Virus record (IMG/VR): IMGVR_UViG_3300032132_000753
Source of the DNA: an uncultured virus (IMG/VR IMGVR_UViG_3300032132_000753)
Taxonomy: Duplodnaviria; Heunggongvirae; Uroviricota; Caudoviricetes
Direction: 5' to 3' (one strand)
DNA: 64,000 bases
Position 1 is the first letter of the stretch, and every line of letters starts with the position of its first letter. The translations under genes were made by a program, and so were the position numbers. Shown here in pieces: positions 30,004-40,862 of this stretch. Under the pieces are notes generated by a model. It did no database searches. It was given only the letters and a program-made list of their open reading frames with translations, and was not told the DNA's origin.

Positions 30004-31157
30004 TGTGGTCCTACGAATCCTTCTTTAAGCGGCGCGTAAACACCTTCAGTAATACGAATAGCGCCAGGAGGGTTATTATTTCTCATATATGCTGTTTTAG
30101 CTTGACGAATTCTAGACAGTTCATCCTTACGCTGTGGTGTCATTTCATCATAGCTACATTCTAGAACTACTACACCTTCTTTCCCACGTGCATTTTCCAT
30201 CGGCATTTTGTTTTCAACGACAGAAACGTCATCGCCCTGACTGCCATCACATGATGAAATCTCGAAACCTTGTGGAGATGAAGCGGCTAGTTTGGAAACA
30301 TATGCGCTCATTTGTTCATTAGTCATACCTAATTCGAAACGCAAATCACGATCTAACGTCAGGGTGTACTTCATTGGCTTACCGCCAGAAGCACCAGTTT
30401 TGACATGTGTCAAACAGCCGTCAGCAGATTTATATGTAGTAGAAACACCGAAAGAAATAGTTGGTTGTACACGTCTAGTATCTTCCCAACCTTTAACATA
30501 ATACCCAGTACTAGCAAGTGTATCAGACAGCAACATGCAACCACGAACAATTTCAACTAACCTCATTCGTGCAGAATCACCATCTAACCCATCAACATAG
30601 GCAATAACGGCAAATTCATCACCATGAGGGTGATACATTTTAACATTTTCAATTCTACCTAAGAACTTATTAAACAAATTTCCAACATCCGACAAAACTT
30701 TGTTTGTACCTTCGTGGCCCAACATTTTGTTTAAGTAGGCCATATTATCGACATCACCAGCCACTACGATGTATGGCGATGGTCCTGAACGTTGCAATTC
30801 CCTATGTTGTGATGTTGCCTTATTTGCATCAGAAGAACGTTTAGCAAATTCATGGTGTCCACGCAGCCCACTAATTGGGTTTAATTGTAGTTGATGCATC
30901 AATTGTCTGAATGCATCCTGCGAAGATCTTAGAGCTGAAACAGCTTCATTGTAGTTTGGTGGGTTTTCATCGATAGGATATTTAAAAGCCATCGCTTGAA
31001 GCCGGTCGATTACAGATTCAATATCGACAGGAGCTTTGAAATCAGCAACCTGGTGCTTAGCGATAGAAGGATATCTACTAGGTTCTAAAGGTAGACCAGT
31101 ATCGTTAGCTTCGGCCAAGATTTTAGAGTTGTTGTCAAATAAACGATCTAGGCGCAT
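30000..31157 (-). CDS. Divergent GGDEF-domain protein
   Basis: NPISGL, GDVDNMAYLNKMLGHEGTNKVL, HPHGDEFAVI, TISFGVS, AD. Confidence 0.8.
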   Translation of the reverse strand: MRLDRLFDNNSKILAEANDTGLPLEPSRYPSIAKHQVADFKAPVDIESVIDRLQAMAFKYPIDENPPNYNEAVSALRSSQDAFRQLMHQLQLNPISGLRGHHEFAKRSSDANKATSQHRELQRSGPSPYIVVAGDVDNMAYLNKMLGHEGTNKVLSDVGNLFNKFLGRIENVKMYHPHGDEFAVIAYVDGLDGDSARMRLVEIVRGCMLLSDTLASTGYYVKGWEDTRRVQPTISFGVSTTYKSADGCLTHVKTGASGGKPMKYTLTLDRDLRFELGMTNEQMSAYVSKLAASSPQGFEISSCDGSQGDDVSVVENKMPMENARGKEGVVVLECSYDEMTPQRKDELSRIRQAKTAYMRNNNPPGAIRITEGVYAPLKEGFVGPQ

Positions 31158-31230
31158 AAGATTCCTCAGAGTATATTTGTATGGTATTATCTACGCGAGT
31201 AGGCCCAGGAAAACCGCGACAAATACCATA

Positions 31231-33054
31231 TTATGGTTTCGGTTTAACTTCAACTAAAACTTGGTCAACATGAAACCCTAATGGAACATTCATACCGCCG
31301 GTACGAAAGGCTTGAATAACTAGATTTTGGTTTGCAGCGAAATTAATTCCAGTGAGTATAGTCTGCGGATCACCACCGGCAGCAACTCCTGGGTCCGTAG
31401 TTATGCCTTGAGTTAGCGCATGGCTTGAATTACCCATCAGCCCAATAGCCCTAGCTGTAGTAGAAGTTGTTCGTACGATCATGTAATCGATATACCAGCT
31501 ATCATCAGCTTCAGTATACAATTCTCCGATATTTACGCCATTAAACTTCATTTCTACAAATATCGGAGTAATAGGCGTGTGATTCCTTCCAAACACAGTT
31601 ACTTTTAAAGTATCGCCAGCAACATTCAATGTATTTGCGTCAACTTGGAAAGTAACCAAATCCTCCGCAAATGTGGTATTAGTAGAAGAAGATGTAGCCG
31701 CTTCAGAATTTATGACTTCTGGAGTGCCAGTCAATACTCCAGAACCGGTAGCGCCAGTTGCTCCATCGGTCCCGTCCGCACCAGTCGGTCCCGTCGCTCC
31801 ATCCGTTCCATTTGTGCCTGTAGGACCGGTAGGGCCAGTTGGGCCTGAGTTGCCAGTTGGTCCCAAAGCACCAGCACACTTCCAAACACTGAATGTGGCC
31901 CCAGCAGCTAAAGTAGCGAGCATATTGGGCTCATTCATCTGCCAAGTTAAAATATCGTTAGCTAATAACGAAACAAAAACAGTAATTTCTAAAGAAGTAT
32001 CACCACCGGCTCCAACACCGTGTCCATCTCCTACATTAATTGTTCGTTCTGAGCCATCAACAACAGTAGTGTTGTTTACCCTTAAACGTAAATCTGCATC
32101 TTGACTTGACGGGTTTATATTGCCCGAAAATGTAACGCCGTAAACACCATCTTGGAGTACTTGGATATTATCGTTCCCCAAATGATCTATTTGTAGAACA
32201 TCGGTTTCGATATCGGTAACGGTGAATGATATATCCTGAAAAGTACCAACCGATGTAGTGAAAGTAGTAGTTCTTCTAGCCATTGCAATAGGGCATACAG
32301 AATCAACTCCGTCAGCACCCGTAGGACCAGTTGTACCAGTAGTTCCGGCAATACCAGCACCCGTAGGACCCGTGGACCCATCAGCACCCGTAGGACCAGT
32401 AATTCCGGCAATACCAGCACCCGTAGGACCCGTGGACCCATCAGCACCGTCGGCACCAGTTGGACCAGTTGATCCATCAATGCCGGTAGGGCCTGTTGTA
32501 CCAGTAGGAGCACCTGCGGGGCCTGTTGGCCCATCCATTCCGGTAGGTCCAGTGGTGCCATCTGTACCATTAGTCCCGTTTGTACCATTAGTCCCGTTTG
32601 TACCATCCATGCCGGTTGGGCCAGTAGTACCGTTTAAGCCGTTCGCACCAGCCGCGCCGTCAGCTCCAGTAGAACCGGTCGCTCCCATACCTCCCATTAC
32701 ATTTAAGTCTGTAATTTTAGTATTGCGACGAATCATAGCGTCCCAGCCAGGAGCCGAGAAAGGCAACTGGCCAAGTCCTAAGACTATTTCCGGAGTTCCA
32801 AACGCAGATGGGCCAGTTGTTGGTTCACCGAATTCAGCTAATTCAGCTTCTGTCAAATCATCTTGAATTGTAAGAGTGTTGATACTATCTACAGAAACAA
32901 TTGAATAAGTAGCTCCTTCACCGCCGACAATCCTAGCACCTAAATGGTCACCAGCAGCGATTCCAGAAGTATTTGGAGATACAGTAATTCTATATCGTGA
33001 AGGGACTCCACCTAACGGTGAAACCGAAGTAATATTAAGTAATCCGCGTGCCAT
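31231..33054 (-). CDS. Collagen-like fibre protein with two G-X-T tracts and beta-sandwich domains
   Basis: GPT/GAT/GTT triplets; C1q/BclA-like intervening domain; N-terminus shared with 1..999. Confidence 0.8.
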   Translation of the reverse strand: MARGLLNITSVSPLGGVPSRYRITVSPNTSGIAAGDHLGARIVGGEGATYSIVSVDSINTLTIQDDLTEAELAEFGEPTTGPSAFGTPEIVLGLGQLPFSAPGWDAMIRRNTKITDLNVMGGMGATGSTGADGAAGANGLNGTTGPTGMDGTNGTNGTNGTNGTDGTTGPTGMDGPTGPAGAPTGTTGPTGIDGSTGPTGADGADGSTGPTGAGIAGITGPTGADGSTGPTGAGIAGTTGTTGPTGADGVDSVCPIAMARRTTTFTTSVGTFQDISFTVTDIETDVLQIDHLGNDNIQVLQDGVYGVTFSGNINPSSQDADLRLRVNNTTVVDGSERTINVGDGHGVGAGGDTSLEITVFVSLLANDILTWQMNEPNMLATLAAGATFSVWKCAGALGPTGNSGPTGPTGPTGTNGTDGATGPTGADGTDGATGATGSGVLTGTPEVINSEAATSSSTNTTFAEDLVTFQVDANTLNVAGDTLKVTVFGRNHTPITPIFVEMKFNGVNIGELYTEADDSWYIDYMIVRTTSTTARAIGLMGNSSHALTQGITTDPGVAAGGDPQTILTGINFAANQNLVIQAFRTGGMNVPLGFHVDQVLVEVKPKP

Positions 33055-36000
33055 TATCCACCAAATCCACTTTCTCCAAAGCCGTCTTCGCCAAAATCAC
33101 CACCAACAGGGGTAACAATAAGATCCACACTATCAACAATGTTGTTATCTAAATGATAAACGAACGGATCAAGATAAGTATCATCTCCACAACCAAAAGT
33201 GGTTTGGAACCTTTCAACAATCTGATCACCACCCTCAGCAACAATGATGAAACCAAAATCAGCTACTTTAATGATTTGACGATCAGTAGCGATCATACCA
33301 TCTCTAAACACACGGAACCCGATAACTTCACCGGCTGGATCTTCAGCCCATACGCGAGGATCACGAACTTGTGTAGTGATATCAATAGTGTCACCACTAG
33401 TTTCAAACAACCCAATATGGATCATGCCATATGAGTCGATAAATCGGTAGCTACCTTCTTGTGGTAAATGGTCCTCAAGAGATGTTCCCTCAAGCGTAAA
33501 AATGATCTTATCAAAATCGAAACTGATCATGTTAGGAATAGAGCCATCCATTAAGCATGTTGTGGCCCCATATTGTTCATCCAAAATCATTGTAGGAGTT
33601 AGAACAACCTGGTCGCAATTAAAATCATAAGACCCATCGCGCATTTGGAATTCAACTAATGGACAACGAACAACCTCTAATGGGTTTTCTGGGTCTACAG
33701 AACCAGGTCCGCCACCCGTACCACCGAAGCCGCCAAAACCAAATAACTGTTCGCCAAATCCGTCGGAAGTGCCGACCGTAACTGCTGTTACCACAGCTCC
33801 AGTGTCGTCTGGCTCACAAATGAATTTTTCGCAGCCACAATCTAAACGATGTGGCTCAAAATGGCGATGTTGCAAGTCAGACTCAACCAACCTAATTCCG
33901 CTACCAACTTTGAAACGCAAAGTCTGGATGCGCCCGCCGTTGAAAAGAAGAGGAATACCCAAGGCGATGGCCGGACCAATTATTTCCATACTTCCTAAAG
34001 CGCCATAAATGCCAAATCCGTAGAACGAGAACCCGTAACCTTCAACTAACTCTCTCGGAAAATCGAAGTCAGTAAGGTCCACGATATATGGACCGAATTC
34101 AGCTGGGTATCCATCAATGAAATCTGCACCAAGACTGGCCGTGGGATCCATAGCAGTTGGTTCAGTACCAGTTCCAGTACCTCCAAAAGTCACTTCAGTA
34201 CCAACGCTCTGCGCAACTAAAACGTTTTCGCCTTCAGGACACGGACATGTTTCGTCAGCAGACTTGTAAATTTTTTCGATATCATCCGTGAAACAAATAA
34301 TGTCCTTTTGAACCCCCAAAGCCTCTACTGGAAATCTCAAACCATTAGAATCTTGGTCAATGACATAATTTATTTCCCCACCAGTACGTTGGAAAGATAG
34401 TCCAGCACCAGAGGATGACCAAATAGAATGTGTTACTAGATGTTCAGGGATAGCAGATTGCGTGTGGTCACTCATCACAGGGATGTCAGCGGCCAGGCCG
34501 TTGCCATAATAAATTAATTGCACCGGATCGAATTCGAGGTATTCTTGACCATCAGTTCCAATAACGATCCTTGGATTTAATTCTGGTATTGTGACACCAT
34601 CCGGGATATCCTCAGCGCATAGGAAGTCGAAAATGTAATCCCATGGTCTGAAGTTATAATCTGGGTGTAAGAAATCGAACTCCAAGTGAGCCATCGAAAT
34701 AAATCGATGACCCGGCATAAACATGTTATCTTTTTGAACTTCGAGAGATGGCTTCCGTGTGGCGAAATACCTATTGTTGACATGATCGTCAAGATCATCA
34801 ACGAACTCTCGGTCCGAATAATGGATTTGTGGATTGTCGAAGGCCATTATTCGAGAATATCCTCGATCATGGTAGCTTCTACGATAGTTAATGATACTAG
34901 TTAAGTCAGCGGCGTTTGTACCAGGATCACCACCGGAAAATTCATTCTGCTTCTTTAGGCCGGTCATAAAATATGAACCAATACCGCCACCTAACGTACA
35001 TGGTTTACAACGAGAAATCTCGTCGAAAGTCATAATTCGATCAACAACTATGTCTTGCTCGACACGACCTTTATAGCAGTAATCTTTATCATTTCCCTCT
35101 AAATCACAAAGCTTGTCACGGTTGTCAACTTCGTGGTCGAAATCTTTATTTCCGGAATCAATAATGCGGTCTTGACCAAATTGAGTGAAAGCACACGGCT
35201 CTTCATCTTTCGGCCTAATCATAATTCTTGATAGAGATTGTAATAACGGCAATTGTTCTGGTGGAACGTCATGAGTATTATCAAGACGCTTCCATGCTCT
35301 GTGTTCCTCGTCCAATAGCCGCAACAGTTTACTGCGGAAAGCAACATCCTCTGGCTTCGTACTAGCATTGATTAAATCAGAATCGCATAATTCAATTGCG
35401 TTAGATAGATTAACTTCTGGTGGAATTACCGGAGGTGGTATTTGTAGAGAACCAGCATCGGTATTAGGATCTTGAGAACGTATTCCACCAGCGCAGAAAT
35501 CAATTACATTGTAGACAGCATTTAGTTCTACTGTAAAACTGATTTTTCTGAGAAGAGAATGGAAAGCTTTAAATCGAAATAAGAATTCCAACAAGAAAGA
35601 GAAGATGTCTGATGATGGCTGTTCGCCATCCTTGAAAATCAGAACGTTAATGTCAAAACGGTTGCTTCGAAGGTCAGCTAAAGTTGGCGGAAGAACAATT
35701 TTAGTTCTTTCATAAGTTGCGAACACATAAAGTTTTTGGTTACGATTGAAGTTTAAGAATCTATCGAAAGTAATATTGAGACTATTACGATCTTTGTTGA
35801 AAGTTACTCCTTCAATACCTAGTGGTTTTCCTAGTCCAACCTGGGCTTCGGCAATTCCACCCTGTTCTTGGTTAACCAAAATCATCGAATGCCCTAAAGC
35901 GCCCGACGGAATGGCGGCTTGAAGTTCAGTAGATAGTTGGAAACCATCTAAAGTAACACCGCAATTGTCTGTAGTAAACGCTTCTACATCAGCAGCGGTG

Positions 36001-37241
36001 GCATTAACTGCTGCTTGTAGTGCAACATCTACAGGTGATCCATCGGTTACTAACCAGGCGTCTACTGTAATATTCTCGTGGGGTCTAAAGAGAAGCGGTA
36101 CTTCTACTTGCCCGAACCCTGGGGTGTTATATGCATTCAAAGCAGGTTCAGAATGACATACTTGTTCTGTGGTAATCTCTTGATCTTCTATATCAGAAGG
36201 GAGCTGCTCACCTGGAGCGATAAATCTGGTACCGTCTTTGCTAAACCATAAGTTAGCCACATCGATAGTGAACCCGAAAATCTCAAACAATTCACGAATC
36301 GCTCTACGTGAACCTTTTAACTGTTGAAGACGACGTCCATTTCTTAGAAGGGCCCTTCTAATCTCATCTGTAGTAGATGGGAAATATGGCATATCCAAAC
36401 CGAGAAGGTTAGCCAAATACGGAATATATTGAACAGGAATACTGTCAATGAAGTTAACTCCTTTAATTAACTCCTGTTCATCGAAAATGTCTTGAAGAGC
36501 GTCAGCAAATGGGCGGTAGAACGCAATAGTAGCGTCTTGATCTTTAGATTGACCTTCAAAATAGAACGCTGGCGAGTTGTAAACCATCGCCTCGTGGATA
36601 TCGCCAGGGTGATTTATATAATTGGCGAAACGGGCCAGAGGTTTTGGAGAATTAGTATCGATGCAGACGAATTCATTGTCTGGCGAAATGACGCGATTGA
36701 AATATCTTGCTTGCCATACGAAATTATATTTCCCGACCGGCAAATCAATAGTCTCGATAACAAAAGGAGAAAGATCGTAATAATCAGCGTCTGCGAAATA
36801 TGGAACAGTGTCTCTAGGGCCTGGACCGCTCTGCCCAAACGCCCCTAAAGGTCCACGGAGTTGAGTATATGCCATGAGGTCGCCTTCAGAAACCTCGTCA
36901 AATGTCTTTTCGTTTCCTTCAGCATCAAAAAATTGCTGCCCAGTTGGATCAATGCGAACTTCAGCTAGTTGTTGTGAGTTGATTGTGATAGAAAACCGCT
37001 CGAAAGTCGGTACGAATACACCAATATTAGTATGGCCAGCCACAGGGGATTTACCAGGCGCATCTTCAATGAAAAAACGAAGTTCACAAACATTAGCGCT
37101 GGCAATTGGAATCCCAGTTACTGATCGTGCGAATGGAACGACCATAACTAGAGGGATATTAACTGGCTGCCAGCCCGTTCTATTGTTATTTAACGGGAAT
37201 AATGAGAAGCTAGGTTGGAACCTGTTATTGAGCTTGGCCAT
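33054..37241 (-). CDS. Baseplate wedge-like protein (P2 gpI/T4 gp7-type domain)
   Basis: IDSIPVQYIPYLANLLG...RRALL...LKGSRRAIRELFEIFG; GFG/YG repeats. Confidence 0.72.
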   Translation of the reverse strand: MAKLNNRFQPSFSLFPLNNNRTGWQPVNIPLVMVVPFARSVTGIPIASANVCELRFFIEDAPGKSPVAGHTNIGVFVPTFERFSITINSQQLAEVRIDPTGQQFFDAEGNEKTFDEVSEGDLMAYTQLRGPLGAFGQSGPGPRDTVPYFADADYYDLSPFVIETIDLPVGKYNFVWQARYFNRVISPDNEFVCIDTNSPKPLARFANYINHPGDIHEAMVYNSPAFYFEGQSKDQDATIAFYRPFADALQDIFDEQELIKGVNFIDSIPVQYIPYLANLLGLDMPYFPSTTDEIRRALLRNGRRLQQLKGSRRAIRELFEIFGFTIDVANLWFSKDGTRFIAPGEQLPSDIEDQEITTEQVCHSEPALNAYNTPGFGQVEVPLLFRPHENITVDAWLVTDGSPVDVALQAAVNATAADVEAFTTDNCGVTLDGFQLSTELQAAIPSGALGHSMILVNQEQGGIAEAQVGLGKPLGIEGVTFNKDRNSLNITFDRFLNFNRNQKLYVFATYERTKIVLPPTLADLRSNRFDINVLIFKDGEQPSSDIFSFLLEFLFRFKAFHSLLRKISFTVELNAVYNVIDFCAGGIRSQDPNTDAGSLQIPPPVIPPEVNLSNAIELCDSDLINASTKPEDVAFRSKLLRLLDEEHRAWKRLDNTHDVPPEQLPLLQSLSRIMIRPKDEEPCAFTQFGQDRIIDSGNKDFDHEVDNRDKLCDLEGNDKDYCYKGRVEQDIVVDRIMTFDEISRCKPCTLGGGIGSYFMTGLKKQNEFSGGDPGTNAADLTSIINYRRSYHDRGYSRIMAFDNPQIHYSDREFVDDLDDHVNNRYFATRKPSLEVQKDNMFMPGHRFISMAHLEFDFLHPDYNFRPWDYIFDFLCAEDIPDGVTIPELNPRIVIGTDGQEYLEFDPVQLIYYGNGLAADIPVMSDHTQSAIPEHLVTHSIWSSSGAGLSFQRTGGEINYVIDQDSNGLRFPVEALGVQKDIICFTDDIEKIYKSADETCPCPEGENVLVAQSVGTEVTFGGTGTGTEPTAMDPTASLGADFIDGYPAEFGPYIVDLTDFDFPRELVEGYGFSFYGFGIYGALGSMEIIGPAIALGIPLLFNGGRIQTLRFKVGSGIRLVESDLQHRHFEPHRLDCGCEKFICEPDDTGAVVTAVTVGTSDGFGEQLFGFGGFGGTGGGPGSVDPENPLEVVRCPLVEFQMRDGSYDFNCDQVVLTPTMILDEQYGATTCLMDGSIPNMISFDFDKIIFTLEGTSLEDHLPQEGSYRFIDSYGMIHIGLFETSGDTIDITTQVRDPRVWAEDPAGEVIGFRVFRDGMIATDRQIIKVADFGFIIVAEGGDQIVERFQTTFGCGDDTYLDPFVYHLDNNIVDSVDLIVTPVGGDFGEDGFGESGFGG

Positions 37242-37539
37242 TAACCCTCAGTACTGTGAATGATGCTCTTGGGATATTTACCCAAAGAGTATTGAAATCT
37301 GGATATTTCTGACCATTCAATTCCCATTTATTATCTTTTGGTGATTGTTTAGTAGCAATCAATGGCTTTGGAATATTGCGACGACGAGTTTGAGGTACCG
37401 GTCCTTTAGGAGTTCCTCTACGAGTCGGAATACATTTAGGTTTGGTACATATAGGCGAGGCTACCGGGAGTAACCCGGAGCCTTGCAACTGATTGAATTT
37501 AGTTTTCTTAGTATCGTGTTTCCGAACAATGATGGCCAT
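37225..37539 (-). CDS. Hypothetical basic protein
   Basis: 104 aa; CAAACATA motif 4 nt upstream. Confidence 0.55.
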   Translation of the reverse strand: MAIIVRKHDTKKTKFNQLQGSGLLPVASPICTKPKCIPTRRGTPKGPVPQTRRRNIPKPLIATKQSPKDNKWELNGQKYPDFNTLWVNIPRASFTVLRVNGQAQ

Positions 37540-37555
37540 ATTTTATGTTTGGCTA

Positions 37556-38032
37556 TTACACTGTTGCAGAACCGTCCCCAGTACCTTTGGCCATTTTACT
37601 TTTAAGAGCTTCCTTGGCGGCAGTGGTTGGGACATATGCCGCACCTAATGCTAGCATGATTTCCCACCATGCTAATGGGTTTGGAGAGTCTTCATTTTTA
37701 GACTTGATCTCACGAAGCAATTCAAGAGATTCAGCGCCACTAACGCGGCCATCTTGGTTAGTATCAAAATCGTCTACGCGCACACCGATAGTTTCCAGCT
37801 TGCCTTCAAGTTTGGCTTCTAAACCATCAATTTGGGTCACAGTCCTAGCAAGAAGTTCTTGGCGAGCGTCTGTGATTGCAGTGTCGAATTCTTCCTGAAG
37901 CGCTGGACGCCATTCATCCGCCCATTTTAAAGCAATATGGTCTTGAGCTGTATCGATAGCACCACGAACGGCTGAGCTAACGCAACCATTCAAGAAAACA
38001 ACTAATAATATAGCTAAAATGAAGTGTCTCAT
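37556..38032 (-). CDS. Lipoprotein with EF-hand-like loop and C-terminal hydrophobic segment
   Basis: Lipobox LNGC; coiled coil; DTNQDGRVSGAE. Confidence 0.65.
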   Translation of the reverse strand: MRHFILAILLVVFLNGCVSSAVRGAIDTAQDHIALKWADEWRPALQEEFDTAITDARQELLARTVTQIDGLEAKLEGKLETIGVRVDDFDTNQDGRVSGAESLELLREIKSKNEDSPNPLAWWEIMLALGAAYVPTTAAKEALKSKMAKGTGDGSATV

Positions 38033-38072
38033 AACAATCTTTTCTTTTCTTTTGTAGAGTTTGCGTTCAACA

Positions 38073-38450
38073 CTATTCGCTAGCGTTCATCAACTCTTCT
38101 AGGTCCTCTAAAGTACGCTCTTCATCGGCATAATGAAAAAGAGGTTTACCAAGAAGCTTAACAAACTGGTAATATGTCCAAGCCATAGACTTAGCAGCCC
38201 ATCTCTTATACCATGGAAGAGAGTCAGCGTTCTCCCACATAGACTCATAAAACTGATAATCAGCTTTTAATCTATCTGCTTCATTATGTCCTAACCAATA
38301 ATTGAAATCGTGGTGATCACAGTTTGTCGTGAATATCCAATCGGGGATTGGGATCCATTTAGTCTTAGGCCCGCAGCCGTTTAGTTCGCCGTTTTCTTGA
38401 AGAAAGATATACTGTTCTGGTGTAAGGTCATCAAATCGAATTCTTGCCAT
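38073..38450 (-). CDS. Phospholipase A2-like fold protein
   Basis: NGCGP, CDHHDFNY, RLKADYQF, YYQFV; GGAG RBS. Confidence 0.6.
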   Translation of the reverse strand: MARIRFDDLTPEQYIFLQENGELNGCGPKTKWIPIPDWIFTTNCDHHDFNYWLGHNEADRLKADYQFYESMWENADSLPWYKRWAAKSMAWTYYQFVKLLGKPLFHYADEERTLEDLEELMNASE

Positions 38451-38483
38451 GTCATCTCCTTAAAACAATTGTTAAATTATTTT

Positions 38484-39641
38484 TTATGGAGAATCTGACT
38501 CTACAGCGTAGAATGTAATTGTAGCTCTTTCGCCACCAAATTCTACGCCATCCTTCAACCAAGCTCGTAATTCCTGACCTAATGCACTATCTAACTCAAC
38601 TGGAGTAGAATAATCCCATCTTAGAATAAGAGTGTCCTCAGATACTCCACGAACAGGGCCTCCGAAAGCAGGGATGATTGGAAAAGCGCCAAGAGTATAA
38701 TCGAAGAAAGCACCAACTCGACGATACTCTACATGCATTGGAAAATACGGAGCATCGTTTACGAAAATATTTTGGCAAATAGTGTCATTCATGATGACAT
38801 TCTTAGAAAACTGGGCCTCAGCAGAATCAATTTCGATTTTCTTACCTGGTTTTGGTTTAGTAATAAGAGTGCCAACGGCATCTTCCGGGACAATCCAGTA
38901 ATTCGCCAAAACCAATTCCCCAGATCCTGGGGCAGTGAAAAAGGTGATTAGACCGTTGTCGTAGTCCACTTCAAAATCACCACCCTTATTATCGTAAGAG
39001 CGCCTTTCTTCTTTCAAAGTAGGAGTCGGAGTGCCAACTAAGACATTGACTTTATAACCACCAGGATAACCTAACGGGTAGTAAATGCTATCTTCACCAA
39101 ACAAAAATTGCTCGTCTGTAACATGACCATTGTTTAAATTAAGGATGGAATCACCGTTTGTAATTCCATAACCTGCGGTAGTACCTCCCCAATCTAAAGC
39201 GAAAGTTTTCTGGCTTCCATTGCCAATCCCAAGTAATTCATTGTTGATATATACAGCATCGTTATACCAAGTTTCTCGTTTAGTCCAATCGATTGAAAAA
39301 GTATAAGTTCTAACAACACCATCAGACGCATGCGGCTTTCCTGGAATTACATGAGGCACTCCTACGATTTCAACAGATGCTACTTCATTGACTAACCAAT
39401 TCCATCCAAGTAAAGGTTCAAGGATGTCGACGTCGTCAATATCCAAAACGATAACATCTCCGCTACTCACTAAGTCAAACAGTTGTGTACTTTGTTTAAT
39501 CGTACGTTCTTCATTTAGTAAAGTAGTAAAATCGCCGCCGCCGGTATCACCTTCTGCTTTTAAAATAAGACTACCAACGTCACTAAAATCGACAAGATGA
39601 ATGTCAGAAAGCGTGTTGTTTCTAATTTTTCTAGTTGCCAT
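38484..39641 (-). CDS. Putative virion structural protein
   Basis: GNGSQKTF and DFEVDYDNGLITFFTAP beta-domain motifs; N-terminus resembles 40026 and 41631. Confidence 0.6.
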   Translation of the reverse strand: MATRKIRNNTLSDIHLVDFSDVGSLILKAEGDTGGGDFTTLLNEERTIKQSTQLFDLVSSGDVIVLDIDDVDILEPLLGWNWLVNEVASVEIVGVPHVIPGKPHASDGVVRTYTFSIDWTKRETWYNDAVYINNELLGIGNGSQKTFALDWGGTTAGYGITNGDSILNLNNGHVTDEQFLFGEDSIYYPLGYPGGYKVNVLVGTPTPTLKEERRSYDNKGGDFEVDYDNGLITFFTAPGSGELVLANYWIVPEDAVGTLITKPKPGKKIEIDSAEAQFSKNVIMNDTICQNIFVNDAPYFPMHVEYRRVGAFFDYTLGAFPIIPAFGGPVRGVSEDTLILRWDYSTPVELDSALGQELRAWLKDGVEFGGERATITFYAVESDSP

Positions 39642-40029
39642 GTTTCACTCCATCAGCAATGGGCAAACGACGCACTTTTTTAAGCGGGTGCTGTTTACCA
39701 AGTTTTTCAGTAACAATTCTTAAAGATTCTTTTAATTTCTTATTCACTTTTATAGTTTTGGTCGTATCTCTAGCTATAATTTCATGGCCAGACAAAATTG
39801 GTAAAGCATAAAAAATGACTCCGACCTTATCCGGTCTTAGTTTTTTAGGAATAAACCCACGAGTAAAGAAACATTCAAAGTTTTTACACTCATCAGGTCT
39901 AGTTTCATAAATTCCACAACCATCTTTAGTTAAATGCTCACACGGCACTCCTGCCGGTTTATTAAACGTTCGTATTGCCATAGCAGTACAACATTCCGTA
40001 CAATCTTTACACTTCCTAGTTTGCATCAT
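39631..40029 (-). CDS. YkgJ-like CxxCxxCC cysteine-cluster protein
   Basis: CKDCTECC, CEHL, GCGIYETRPDECKNFEC. Confidence 0.8.
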   Translation of the reverse strand: MMQTRKCKDCTECCTAMAIRTFNKPAGVPCEHLTKDGCGIYETRPDECKNFECFFTRGFIPKKLRPDKVGVIFYALPILSGHEIIARDTTKTIKVNKKLKESLRIVTEKLGKQHPLKKVRRLPIADGVKHGN

Positions 40030-40862
40030 GCCCCTTCTTGAACAATAGAGAAGAAAGGCAATGCTGATTTGTTGTTAGCATCGAAAATTGGTGTGGTTAA
40101 ATTGGCGAAATCTATATCGCCATATCCAGATATAATTGCATAGATAAGATCGCCCCATCCTTCTTCATATTCATGGGACGAAGAAGATACTTCAACAGGA
40201 TTAGATCTAGATTTCATACCTATCCAAAAATATCCAGCTTCAGTAACCACAAGTTCAGACGTAAAAGGAACTCTTACCAATTCATAAACACCTAAGTTCA
40301 CAGCTTGCTTACCATCGGCTAAGATTGAACCAGTAGGTCTAGGCGGAGTGGCTCCATCATCGGCATAAACCGCGAAATTAACATCGGCTGCAGCTTCATC
40401 TTTATCATCAACAAAAATATATTCACAAGCTATATAAGTACCTACGCTTAACCAAATGCGCCCGAAAAAGGCGTTGGTATCAGAAACTCCAGTGCTGTTA
40501 TTCCAAGCTGAGAAACTTCCAAGATATGGTAGACGACCTGGCATGACTTGAGATTCTGCAGTGTTCCGTGCTCCACCTTCTGAAGTACCATCCCCTCCAG
40601 TACTATGACTATTTAAAAACGCAAGAACATCCTCATCAGAAATATCGTTAACTCCATCATTTAAAATAAGAGAATTTCCAGCAGTAGCAAAAGCCCCATC
40701 TAGAACTAGTGTCCGAACGTCATCGGAATTTCCTACGTCAATACGTTCACCGCGAATCGTAAAAGACTGTATGCCTCCGCCAAATGGGACTTCAATCCCT
40801 AAATCAGGGATAGAAATATTGGCAAGAGATGATGGGTTGGATTTTAAAACTAGAGTAGCCAT
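40026..40862 (-). CDS. Putative virion protein
   Basis: Shared IPDLGI...GG N-terminal module. Confidence 0.6.
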   Translation of the reverse strand: MATLVLKSNPSSLANISIPDLGIEVPFGGGIQSFTIRGERIDVGNSDDVRTLVLDGAFATAGNSLILNDGVNDISDEDVLAFLNSHSTGGDGTSEGGARNTAESQVMPGRLPYLGSFSAWNNSTGVSDTNAFFGRIWLSVGTYIACEYIFVDDKDEAAADVNFAVYADDGATPPRPTGSILADGKQAVNLGVYELVRVPFTSELVVTEAGYFWIGMKSRSNPVEVSSSSHEYEEGWGDLIYAIISGYGDIDFANLTTPIFDANNKSALPFFSIVQEGA

